The notes under the pieces are model-generated. The model searched no databases. It saw only the letters and a program-made list of their open reading frames with translations, and was not told the DNA's origin. A stretch of DNA of 64,000 bases from Azolla caroliniana. Taxonomy: Eukaryota; Plantae; Polypodiophyta. The position numbers were made by a program, and so were the translations under genes. Location: NCBI GenBank assembly GCA_043228905.1, contig JBHGNT010000003.1:14632001-14696000 (forward strand), in the 5' to 3' direction. Below, piece by piece: positions 11,919 to 23,974 of this stretch (its first letter is position 1; each line of letters starts with the position of its first letter).

Positions 11919-14900
11919 GCTAGAAACCCGGGTTCAATCCCCTGCAACGGCGCGAAGGGCAGGGCGAATCCGATGTCATGTCCTATGGAACAGTCGCCTG
12001 GGATACCGCACCGCCATATCCTCAATGCTTTCCTCGCTCCCCCTGATCCTCTACCCCTTCCAAAGTAGAGTTGGTTGTCCACAAGGCAGGGTGCATATCA
12101 CCATATGATGTCTCCTGAGTGTACTCGTGGGTATTCTTGCCCTTAAGCATGCGAATTTCGTTGTGACCTGTGTAGTGGCGATGAAACCTTGCCCAGTTTT
12201 CGACATTCGGGTCCATGCTCTGAACTAGTAACTCGATCGAAACTTTCAACACGAGGATGTCGTTGTAGTATAGTGGTCAGTATTTCCGCCTGTCACGCAG
12301 ACGACCCGGGTTTGATCCCCGACAACGGCGTGAAGGGCGGGGCGAATAGAATGCCATATCCTATGGAACGTGCGCCTTGGATCCCGCACCGCCATATCCT
12401 CAATGCTTTTCTCGCTCTTCCGGATCCTCTACGCCTTTTGAGCCATTCCTGGGTAGAGTCGGTTGTCCACGAGGCAAGGCGCATATCACCATATGATGTC
12501 GTCTGAGTGCACTTGTGGGTATTTTCGACATTTTGGTCCATTCTCCAAATGATTTATACGATCGATAGTTCCAATATGAGGAGTATAGTGCCGAGTGTTT
12601 TCGGGTGTCACTTAGGTGACCTGGGTTCAATCCCCGGCAAGGTCGCGGAGGGCACGTCGAATACGATGTCATCTCCTACAGAACTCGCGCCTTGGATCCC
12701 CCATCGCCATATCCTCAATGCTTTCCTCGCTCCCCTGGATCCTGTACCCCTTTCGAGCCCTTACGGGGTAAATTCAGTAGTCTGCGAGGCAGGGTGCATA
12801 TAGCCATTTGATCTCGTCCTAGTGCACTTGTGGGTATACCCGCCCAAAATCAGGCGAATTTCGTTGCGAACCTTGTACTGGTGAGGAAACCGGACTTCGT
12901 TTTCAACATTCGGCTCCATGCTCCGAATGAGTTATATGATCGATAGTATCAATACAAGGATGTTGTTCTAGTATAGTGGTGAGTATTCCCGGGTGTCACA
13001 TGGGTGACCCAGGTTCGATCCCCGGCAAGGGCGCGAAGGGCACGGCGAATCCGATGTCATCTCCTACGGAAATGGCACGTTGGATCCCGCATTGCTATAT
13101 CCTCAATGCTTTCCACGATCCTCCGGATGGTCTACTCATTTCGAGCCCTTGCAAGGTATTGTCGGTCGTCCGTGATGCAGGCCGCATATCATAGTACGGC
13201 ACTTGTGGGTATTTCCGCCCTTAAGCAAATTAATTTCGTTTCAACCCATGTATTGGAAATGAAACAGATTCTCTTTTTCGACGTTTGGTTGAATGCTCCG
13301 AACGAGTTATACGATCGATACTTCCAATACGAGGATGTCGTTGTAGTAAAGTGGTGAGTATTCCCCACTGTAACGCGAGTGTCCCGGGTTTGATCCCCGG
13401 CAATGGCGCAAAGGGCCAGGCGAATCCGATGTCATGTCTTACGGAACGGTCGCTTGGGATCCCCCACCACCATAACCTCAATGCTTTCCTCACTCCCCCG
13501 GATCCTCTACCCCTTTGGAGCCCTTCCGGAGTAGAGTTGGTTGTCCACATGGCCGGGTGCATCTCACCATATGATGTCGCCTGAGTGCACTCGTGGGTAT
13601 TCCCGCCCATAAGCAGGCAAATTTCGTTGTGACCCGTGTAGTGGCGATGAAACCTTGCCTAGTTCTCGACATTCGGGTCCATGCTCCGAACTAGTAACTC
13701 GATCGAAACTTCCAACACGAGGATGTCGTTGTAGTATAGTGGTGAGTATTCCCGCCTGTCACGCGGGCGACCCGGGTTTGATCCCCACGAACGGCGTGAA
13801 GGGCGGGGCGAATAGAATGTCATATCCTACGGAACGCGCGCCTTGGATCCCGCACCACCATATCCTCAATGCTTTTCTCGCTCCCCCGGATTCTCTACGC
13901 CTTTTGAGCCGTTCCGGGGTAGAGTCGGTTGTCCACGAGGCAAGGCGCATATCACCATATGATGTCGTTCGAGTGCACTCGTGGGTATTCTCACCCTTAA
14001 CCGGATGAATTTCGTTTCAACCTATGTATTGGAAACAAAACAGAGTCTCTTTTTCGACATTCGGTTGAATGCTCCGAACGAGTTATACGATTGATACTTC
14101 CAATACGAGGATGTCGTTGTGGTAAAATGTTGAGTATTCCCCCCTGTGACGCAGGTGTCCCGGGTTTGATCCCTGGCAATGGCGCAAAGGGCGGGGCAAA
14201 TCCAATGTCATCTCTTACGGAATGGTCGCCTTGAATACCGCATGGCCATATCGTCAATGCTTTGCTCGATCCCCCGGATTCTCTACGTCATTCGAGCCCT
14301 TGCGGGGTACTGTCGGTCGTCCACGAGGAAGGGCACATATCACCATATGAACTCATTCAAGTGCACTCGTATGTATTTCCTCCCATAAGTGCACGAGTTT
14401 CGTTTCAGCTCGTCCATTGGTGAGTATTCTCGCCTATCATGCGGGTGACCCGTGTTCGATCCCCAGCAATGGCGCGAAGGGAGGGGCAAAGCCATAGTCA
14501 TCTCCGACGGAATGGGTGCGTTCGATCCCGCATCGGCGTATCCTCAATGCTTTCCATGCCCCCCCAGATCCCCTACCTCGTCCGAGCCCTGGATAGGTAT
14601 TATCAGTCGTTCACGAGGCAAGGTGCATACCACCATATGCACTGATTCGACTGCACTCGTAGGTATTCCCGTCCTTAAACGAATGAATTTCGTTTCCGTC
14701 CTGTCATGCCGGTTACCCGGGTTCCATCCCCGGCAACGACGCGAAGGGTGGGGTGAAATCCGATGTCATCTCCTATGGCATGGGCACCTTGGATCCCGCA
14801 ACGCCATATCCTGAATGCTTTCCTCACTCCCCCGGATCCTTTACACCTTTCGAACCCTTGCGGGGTAATGTCGGTCGTCTGCGAGGCAGGGCGCGTATCA

Positions 14901-17170
14901 CCATATGATGTCGTCTGAGTGCACTCGTGGGTATTCTCGCCCATAAGCAAGTGAATTTCGTTTTGACTCGTGTACTAGCGACGAAACAGGGCCTCGTTTT
15001 CTACTTTCGGCTCCATGCTCCGAACGAGTTATACGATCGATAGTTCCAGTACGAGGATGTCGTTGTAGTATAGTGGTGAGTATTCCCCGATGTCACGCGG
15101 GTGATCCGGGTTCGATCCCCGGCAAGGTCACGGAGGGCGCGGCAAATCCGATGTCATCTCCTACGGAACCGACGCCTTGGATCCCGCATCGCCATATCCT
15201 CAATGCTTTCCTCGCTCCCCCGGAACCTCTACCCCCTTTCGAGCCCTTGCGGGGTAGAGTCGGTCATTCGCGAGGGAGAGCGCATATCACCATTTGAACT
15301 AGTGCGTATACCCGTCCAAAATCGGCTGAATTTTGTTGCGAACCGTGTATTGGTGACGAAACCGGGTTTCATTTTTGACATTCGGGTCCATGCTCCGAAC
15401 GAGTTATACGATCGACACTTCCAATACGATGATGTCGTTGTAGTATAGTGGTGAGTATTCCCGCCTCACACACGGGTTACCCAGGTTTCATCCCCGGCAA
15501 AGGCGCGAAGGGCGGGGCAAATCTGATGTCATCTCCTACAAAACGAGCACCTTCAATCCCGCATCGCCATATCCTCGATACTTTCCTCGCTCCCCCGGAT
15601 CCTCTACCACTTCCGATCCCTTGCGGGGTACTATTGGTCGTCCGGGAGGCATGTCGAATTTCACCATATGAACTCGTTCCAGTGCACTCGTGGGAATTCC
15701 CGCCACCCCTAAGTGGACAAATTGCGTTTCCTACATTTGGGTCCATGCTCCGAATGAGTTATACGATGGATAGTTCTAACATGAAGATGTCGTTGTAGTA
15801 TAGTGGAGAGTGTTCCCGCCTGTCACGTGGGTGAGCCGGGTTTGATACCCTGCAACGGTGCGAAGGGCGGGGAGAATCTGTTGTCATCTCCCACGGAACG
15901 GTCGCCTAGGATACCACATCACCATATCCTCAATGCTTTCATCACTCCCCCAGATCCTCTTCCCTTTTCGAGACCATACGAGGTAGATTCTTTCGTCCGC
16001 GAGGTAGGGCGCATATCACAATATGATGTCGTCCGAGAGCACTCGTGGGTATTCCCGCCCAAGCGGACGAATTTCGTTTTGACCCGTGAACTAGCCTCGA
16101 GACCTTGCCTCGTTTTCGAAATTCGATGTCATCTCTTACGGAACGAGTGCCTTGGATCCCGCACCGACATATCCACAATTCTTTCCTCGCTCCCCCTGAT
16201 TCTCTACTCCTTTTGAGCCCTTGCGGAGTACTATCGGTCCTCCACGGGGCAGGGAGCATATCACCATATACATTCGTGGGATATTCCTGCCCTTAAGCAG
16301 ACTATTTTCGTTTCAACCCGTGTACTGGCGACGAAAGCAGGCCTTGTTTTCTGAAATCGAGTCCATGCTTTGAACGAGTTATACGATTGATAGTTCCAAT
16401 ACGAGGACGTCATTGACCTATAGTGGTGAGTATTCCCGCTTGTCACGCGAATGGTGGGGCGAATCCGATGTCATCTCGTACGGAACGGGTGCCTTGGATC
16501 TTGCACCGACATATCCTAAATACTTTCCTCCCTCCCCCGGATCCCCTACACATTTCATGACAATCGATACTTCCAATAGGAGGATGTTGTTGTAGTATAG
16601 TGGTGAGTATTCCCGCTTGTCACGTGGGTGACCTGGGTTCGATCCCCGGCAATGGTGCTAATGGCGGGGCGAATATGATGTCATCTCCTAGGGAACGGGT
16701 GACTTGGATCCCGCACCGACATATCCTCAATGCTTTCCTCGCTCCCCCCGGATTCCCTACGCCTTTTGAGCCATTGTGAGTACTATCGGTCCTCCATGAG
16801 GCAGGGAGCATATCACCATATGCATTCGTGGGATATTCCCGCCCTTAAGCGGACTATTTTTGTTTGAACCCGTGTACTGGCGACGAAAGTGGGGCTTGCT
16901 TTCTATATTCGAGTCGATGCTTTGAACGAGTTATACGATTGATAGTTCCAATAAGAGGATGTCCTTGTAGTATAGTGGTGAGTATTCCCGCTTGTCACGC
17001 AGGTGACCCGAATTCGATCCCTGGCAACTGCGCGAATGGCGGGGCGAATCCAATGTCATCTCCTACATAACGGGTGCCTTGGATCCCCCACCGAAATATC
17101 CTCATTGTTTTCCTTGCTTCCCCGGATCCCCTACGCCTTTCGAGTCAATCGATAGTTCCAATACGAGCAT

Positions 17171-17242
17171 GTCGTTGTAGTATAGTGGTGAGTATTCCCG
17201 CTTGTCACGCGGGTGACCCGGGTTCGATCCCCGGCATTGGCG
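17171..17242 (+). tRNA. tRNA-Asp(GUC), near-intact (one acceptor-stem mismatch)
   Basis: Full 72-nt cloverleaf. The 3' acceptor strand CATTGGC gives a T5.T mismatch. Confidence 0.55.
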
Positions 17243-18739
17243 CGAATGTCGGGGCGAAACCGATGTCATCTCCTACGGAACGGGTGTCTTGGATCACGCA
17301 CCGACATATCCTGAATGTTTTACTCGCTCCAGTGGTTCCCCTACGCCTTTCGAGCCAATCGATACTTCCAATGCGAGGATGTCATTGTAGTATAGTGGTG
17401 AGGATTCCCGCTTGTCACGCGGGTGACCCGGGTTCGATCCCCGGCAACGGCGCGAATGGTGGGGCGAATCCGATGTCATCTCCTACAGAATGGGTGGCTT
17501 GGATCCCCCACCGACATATCCTGAATGTTTTCCTCGCTCCCCCGGATCCCGTATGCCTTTCGAGCCAATCGATACTTCCAATACGAGGATGTCATTGTAG
17601 TATGGTGGTGCGTATTCCTGCTTGTCACGCGGGTGACCCGGGTTCGATCCCCGGCAACGGGGCGAAACCGATATCATCTCCTACGGAACGGGTGCCTTGG
17701 ATCCCGCACCGACATATCCTGAATGCTTTCCTCGGTCCCCCGGATCCCCTACGCCTTTCGATCCCTTGTGGGTATAATCGGGTGACCCGGGTTCGATCCC
17801 CGGCAACGGCACGAATGGCGGGGCGAATGCGACGTCATCTCGTACGGAACGGGTGCCTTGGATCCCGCACCGACATATCTTGAATAAATTCCCCGCTCCC
17901 TTGGATCCCGTACGCCTTCGACCACATCGATACTTCCAATACGAGGATGTCGTTGTAGTATAGTGGTGAGTATTCCCGCTTGTCACGCGACTGACCCGGG
18001 TTCGATCCCCGGCAACGGCACGAATGGCGGTTACCGGGGCGAATATGATGTCATCTCCTATGGAACGGGTGCCTTGGTTCCGCACCGACATATCCTCAAT
18101 TCTTTCCTCGCTGCCCCTGATTCTCTACTCCTTTTGAGCCCTTGCGGGTACTATCGGTCCTCCACGAGGAAGGGAGAATACCACCATATGCATTCGTGGG
18201 ATATTCCCGCCCTTAATTTCATTTCAACCGGTGTACTAGCGAGGAAACCAGGGCTTAGATTCTAGATTCGATTCCATGCTTTGAATTAGTTATACGATTC
18301 ATAGTTCCAATACGAGGATGTCGTTGTAGTATAGTGGTGAGTATTCCCGCTTGTCACGCGGGTGACCCGGGTTCGATCCCCGGAAACGGCGCGAAGGGCG
18401 GGGCGAATCTGATGTCATCTCCTACGGAACGGGTGCCTTGGAATGCGCACCGACATATCCTGAATGTTGTCCTCGCTCCCTCGGATCCCCTACGCCTTTC
18501 GAGCCAATCGATACTTCCAATGCGAGGATGTCATTGTAGTATGGTGGTGAGAATTCCCGCTTGTCACGCTCGTGACCCGGGTTCGATCCCCGGCGACGGC
18601 GCGAATGGCGGAGCGAATCCGATGTCATCTCCTACGGAACAGTTGCCATGGATCCCGCACCCACATATCCTGAATGTTTTCCTCGCTCCGCCGGTTCCCC
18701 TACTCCTTTCCAACCAATCGATACTTCCAATACGAGGAT

Positions 18740-18811
18740 GTCGTTGTAGTATAGTGGTGAGTATTCCCGCTTGTCACGCGGGTGACCCGGGTTCGATCCC
18801 CGGCGACGGCA
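18740..18811 (+). tRNA. tRNA-Asp(GUC) with fully paired stems but discriminator A instead of G
   Basis: All stems pair (G-U allowed) and the anticodon is GTC. The final base is A. Confidence 0.6.
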
Positions 18812-19844
18812 CTAATGGCGGGGCGAATCCGATGTCATCTCCTACCGGACGGGTGCCTTGGATCCCGCACCGACATATCATCAATGTTTTCCTCGGTCCC
18901 CCCGATCCCCTACACCTTTTGAGGCCATCGATACTTCCAATATGAGGATGTCCTTGTAGTGTAGTGGTGAGTATTTCCCCTAATCACGCGGGTGACCCGG
19001 GTTCGATCCCCGCCAGCGACGCGAATGGCGGAGCGAATCTGATATCATCTCAGATAGTACGGGTGCCTTGGATCCCGCACCGACATATCCTCAATGCTTT
19101 TCTTGCTCCCCTGGAGCTTTGTTACGACCTTTGATGTCGTTGTAGTATAGTGGTGAGTATTTCCCCTAATCACGCGAGTGACCCAGGTTCGATCCCCGCC
19201 AGCGACGCGAATGGCGGAGCGAATCTGATGTCATCTCGGATAGTACGGGTGTCTTGGATCCCGCACCGACATATCCTCAATGCTTTTCTTGCTCCCCTGG
19301 ATTTGCTACGACCTTTGAGGCCTTGTGGGATACTATTGGTCCTCCACAGGGCAAGGAGCATATCACCATATGCATTCGTGGGATATTTCCGCCCTTAAGC
19401 GGACTAATTTCGTTTCAACCCGTGTACTAGAGACGAAATCAGGCCTTGTTTTTACATTCGAGTCCATGCTTTGAATAAGTTATAGGATTCATAGATCCAA
19501 TACAAGGATGTCGTTGTAGTATAGTGGTGAGGATTCCCGCTTGTCACGCGGGTGACCCGAGTTCGATCCCTGGCAACGGCGTGAAGGGCGGGGCGAATCC
19601 GATATCATCTCCTACGGATGGGGGCCTTGTATCCCGCACTGATATATCTTGAATGCTTTCCTCCCTCCCCCGGATCCCCTACGCCTTTTGAGCCCATCGA
19701 TACTTCCAAAACGAGGATGTCGTTGATGAACATATGCATTCGTGGCATATTCCCACCCCTAAGCAGACAAAATTCGTTTCAACCCTGGCGACGAAAACAA
19801 GGTTTTCGACATTCGATTCCATGCTTTGAATGAGTTATACAATT

Positions 19845-19916
19845 GTCGTTGTAGTATAGTGGTGAGTATTCCCGCTTGTCACGCGGGTGACCCGGGTTCG
19901 ATCCCCGGCAATGGCG
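19845..19916 (+). tRNA. tRNA-Asp(GUC), foldable (G4-U wobble); upstream flank partly deleted
   Basis: 72-nt cloverleaf with intact A and B boxes. Confidence 0.7.
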
Positions 19917-21648
19917 CGAATGGCGGGACGAATCCCATGTCATCGTGTATGGAAATAGTGCCCTTGATCCCACACCCACATATCCTCAATGTTTTCCTCG
20001 GTCCCCCGAATCCCTTATGCCTTTGGAGCCATTCAATATTTCCAATACGAGGATGTCGTTGTAGTATAGTGGTGAGTATTCGCTTGTCACGCGGGTGACG
20101 CAGGTTCGATCCCCGGCGACGGCGCGAATCGGATGTCATCTCCTACGGAACGGGTGCCTTGGATCCCGCACCGACATATCCTGAATGTTTTCCTCGCTCC
20201 CCCGGATCCCCTACGCCTTTCGAGCCCTTGCGGGGTACTATCAGTCCTCCACGGGGCAGGGAGCATATCACCATATGCATTCGTGGGATATTCCCGCCCT
20301 TAAGCGGACTAATTTTGTTTCAACCCGTGTACTGGCGATGAAAAGGGGCTACATTTGAGTCAATGCTTTGAACGATTTATATGATGGATAGTTCAAATAC
20401 GAGGATGTTGTTGTAGTATAGTGGTGAGTATTCCCGCTTGTCACGCGGGTGACCTGGGTTCGATCCCCGACAACGGTGCGAATGGCGGGGCGAATCCGAT
20501 GTCATCTCGTACAGAACGGGTGCCTTTCATCCCGCACCGACATATTCTGGATGGTTTCCTCGCTCCCCTGGATCCCCCACGCCTTTCGAGCCCATCGATG
20601 AGAAGAAACTCTCATGTTCGATTCTGATGAAATTGCTTCTAGCACTACGAGGATGTTGTTGTAGTATAGTGGTGAGTATTCCCGCTTGTCACGCGGCTGA
20701 CCTAGGTTCGATCCCCGACAATGGTGCTAATGGCGGGGCGTATACGATGTTATCTCCTATGGAATGGGTGACTTGTATCCCGCACCGACATATCCTCAAT
20801 GCTTTCCTCGCTCCCCCGGATTCCTTACACCTTTTGAGCCCTTGCCCGGATTCCTTACACCTTTTGAGCCCTTGCGGGTACTAGTGGTGAGTATTCCCAG
20901 TTGTCACGTGGGTGACCCGGGTTCAATCCCTAGCAATGGCGCTAATGTTGGTTGCCGTGGCGAATACGATGTCATCTCCTACGGAATGGGTGCCTTGGAT
21001 CCCGCACTGACATATCCTCATTGTTTTCCTCGCTCCCCAGATCCCCTACGCCTTTCCAACCAATCGATATTTCCAATACGAGGATGTCGTTGTAGTATAG
21101 TGGTGAGTATTCCCGCTTGTCAGTTTATGACCCGGGTTCGATCCCCAGCAACGGCGCGAATCCGTTGTCATCTCCTACAGAACGACTGCCTTGGATCCCG
21201 CACCGACATATCCTCATTGTTTTCCTTGCTCCACGGGATGCCCTACGCCTTTCAAGCCAATCGATACTTACAATACGAGGATTTCATTGTAGTATAGTGG
21301 TGAGTATTCCCGCTTGTCACGCGGGTGACCCAGGTGACATCCCCGACAATGTCGGGAATGGCGGGGCGAATCCGATGTCATCTCTTATAGAATGGGTGCC
21401 TTGGATCCCTCACCGACATATCCTCCTCGCTCCCCCAGATTCCCTACGCCTTTTGAGCCCTTGCGGAGTAGTATCGGTCCTCCACGGGGCAGGGAGCATA
21501 TCACCATATACATTCGTGGGATATTCCCACCCTTCAGCAGACTAATTTCGTTTCAACCCGTGTACTGGCGACGTAAGCGGGTCTTGTTTTCTACATTCGA
21601 GTCCATGCTTTTAATGAGTTATACGGTTGATAATTCCAATACAAGGAT

Positions 21649-21720
21649 GTCGTTGTAGTATAGTGGTTAGTATTCCCGCTTGTCACGCGGGTGACCCGGG
21701 TTCGATCCCCGGCAACGGCG
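21649..21720 (+). tRNA. tRNA-Asp(GUC), intact
   Basis: GTCGTTGTAGTATAGTGGTTAGTATTCCCGCTTGTCACGCGGGTGACCCGGGTTCGATCCCCGGCAACGGCG: all stems pair, discriminator G, upstream TTATA (~-30) and CAA (~-12) retained. Confidence 0.85.
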
Positions 21721-22193
21721 CGAATGGTGGGTCAAAGCCGATGTCATCTCCTACCGGACGGGTGCCTTGCCACGCTTCCCCGGATCCCCTACACAATCGC
21801 TACATCCAATACGAGGATGTCGTTGTAGTATAGTGGTGAGTATTCCCGCTTGTCACGCGGGTGACCCGGGTTCGATCCCCGGAAACGACGTGAATGGAGG
21901 GGTGAATCTGATGTCATCTCGTACGGAATGGGTGCCTTGGATCTTGCACCGACATATCCTCAATGCTTTTCTCCCTCCCCCGGATTTCCTACGACTTTTG
22001 AGCCCTTGCGGGGTACTATCGGTCCTCCACGGGGCAAGGAGCATATCACCATATGCATTCGTGGGATATTCTCATCCTTAAGCGGACTAATTTCGTTTCA
22101 ACCCGTGTACTGGAGACGAAAGCAGGCCTTGTTTTCTACATTCGAGTCCATTCTTTGAATAAGTTATACAATTGATAATTCCAATACAAGGAT

Positions 22194-22265
22194 GTCGTTG
22201 TAGTATAGTGGTGAGCATTCCCGCTTGTCACGTGGGTGACCCGGGTTCGATCCCTGGCAACGGCG
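22194..22265 (+). tRNA. tRNA-Asp(GUC), near-intact/likely pseudogene
   Basis: One D-stem mismatch plus two new G-U wobbles. Confidence 0.45.
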
Positions 22266-23478
22266 TGAATGGCGGGGCGAATCCGATGTCATCTCCTACG
22301 GAACGGGTGCCTTGGATCCCGCACTGATATATCCTGAATGCATTCCCGCTTGTCACGCGGGTGACCCGGGTTCGATCCCCGGCAACGGTGCGAAGGGCTA
22401 GGGCTAATGCATTGTCATCTCCTACGAAATGGAAGGCGCCTTGGATTGTGCATCACCATATCCCTTTCGAGCGCTTCCGGGGTAGAGTCGGTCGTCCGTG
22501 AGGCAGGGTGCATATCACCATATGATGTCGGCCGAACTTGTGGGTATTCCCTCCCATAAGCGGGCGAATTTAGTTGCGACCCGTTTACTGGCGACGAAAA
22601 CTTGCCTCGTTTTCGACATTCGGGTCCATGCTCCGAACAAGTAACTAGATCAATACTTCCAACATGAGGATGTAGTTCTAGTATAGTGGTGAGTATTCGC
22701 GCTTGTCACGGGGGTGACCCGTGGTTGATCCCTGGCAACGGTGCGAAGGGCGGGTTGAATCCGATGTCATCTCCTACGGAACGGGCGCCTTGTATCCCGC
22801 ACTGCCATATAGGGGGTTTATATAATTCATCCAATGTAACGGTTACATGACTGTTATAAATAAGGCTGTTACTTGTAGGCATGATCATAATTGTGCATGT
22901 ATCTATTAACATACTCATCCTCACACAGTCATTTAGTTTACACATACACATCAACCACATCATTACACATACCCTTATGCCTCCCTGTATATTCTTACGG
23001 GTAATACATGGCACGCCTGTGGGACTGTGTATCGCATGGTGAACCAATTTTCCATGGCAACTTTTCTCGATCGGAACTCCATCGGTTATCTCGACGGTCA
23101 GAAATCCCTTGAGAGGATCACTACTCTACGATCGATAACTTTGATCGGAGCTTTGCTTGACTCGAACCTTCTTGTTCGGTTAGCACAAGTCGTGATTGGA
23201 TGATACACCAATCAGCTAGTTCAATGTGGCATGGGTCATGAAATGTGTTGTGGGGCTTGTATATTCTCTAGTTTATTCATGTGAGTTGGGTTTTATGTTT
23301 TATACACCTTGGTCTTTCGAATTTTTACCCTCAGGTTTTTGTTTTTTTATTTTTATTTTTTTTTCTTTTTCTGGCCCTTGAGTTTTCAAAATTCTGCATT
23401 CTGCTGTCCACTTTTTGAAATCTCACGTCATGCCCTTGAGCTTTTGAAATTTCCCCTTCATACCCCACTTCTCTCTCT

Positions 23479-23932
23479 TGTTACTTCGTAGGGCCGGACA
23501 ATAGCCTAACACAGGGTGTCTACAGAAGACACTTCACCAAAGGGTGTTACGGTGGAATAGAGTTAGACCGACAATTAATCCGACCTTAATCGGTTACTTA
23601 AACAACAAAACCTTAATCTTAATACACGTGTAAGATAGAAAGTAATTAGCATAGAACGGTAATCAATGCACAAAGATAAGGAATTAGAGCTTTATTAATT
23701 CTCCGCCGTCATTTACAATGTAACCAGGCCTTTTTATAGATCACCGGCTCTGCCTACAAAACGATGCCAACCGGCACACTAATATGAACCGGTCCGAATC
23801 TGGATCAGCATACCGATTCCGGTCCGTCCGTTCACTTCTCTAAAATCTACTTAATTACTTAATATCCTAATAACAGCCTCCGATTATTTCTACCCTTCCA
23901 TATGTCCTTCACTCCTTGCTAGCTGGCTAACA
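23479..23932 (-). repeat. 3' LTR of Gypsy C (inner boundary uncertain, 23875 or 23932)
   Basis: Shares CCTAACACAGGGTGTC, ACACTTCACCAAAGGGTG and GCATACCGATTC with 55719-56207. Confidence 0.75.
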
Positions 23933-23974
23933 CATGGCATGCCCGTGGGACAGTACCTTGTACGTCGAATCCCA

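Larger units (their letters stand above)
16961..19021 (+). repeat. Sub-array dominated by 210-bp deletion-derived tRNA-Asp units
   Basis: tRNA starts at 16961, 17171, 17381, 17591 and 18320, 18530, 18740, 18950 (210-bp period). Shared junction CTTTCGAGCC|AATCGATAC. Confidence 0.92.
5081..22811 (+). repeat. Tandem array of tRNA-Asp(GUC)-containing units (~388-bp monomer, about 50 whole or partial tRNA copies)
   Basis: Repeated GTCGTTGTAGTATAGTGGTGAGTATTCCCGCYTGTCACGCGGGYGACCCGGGTTCGATCCCCGGCAACGGCG, which matches plant cytosolic tRNA-Asp. Starts at 7159, 7547, 7935, 8323, 8711, 9099, 9487, 9875 and 10263 give an exact 388-bp period. Confidence 0.97.

Noticed and set aside
6006-19207. Anticodon variants (ATC at 6006, 7547, 18950 and 19136; GTA at 13337) as alloacceptor tRNAs
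   Set aside because: These copies also carry stem-breaking mutations, consistent with neutral decay.
5063-22158. Repeated 100-270 aa ORFs (…CSIVVSIPACHAGDPGSIP…) that look like a Cys-rich tandem protein family
   Set aside because: They are translations of the tRNA-Asp sequence and spacer. The 388-bp unit shifts frame each copy, and stops and indels are scattered.
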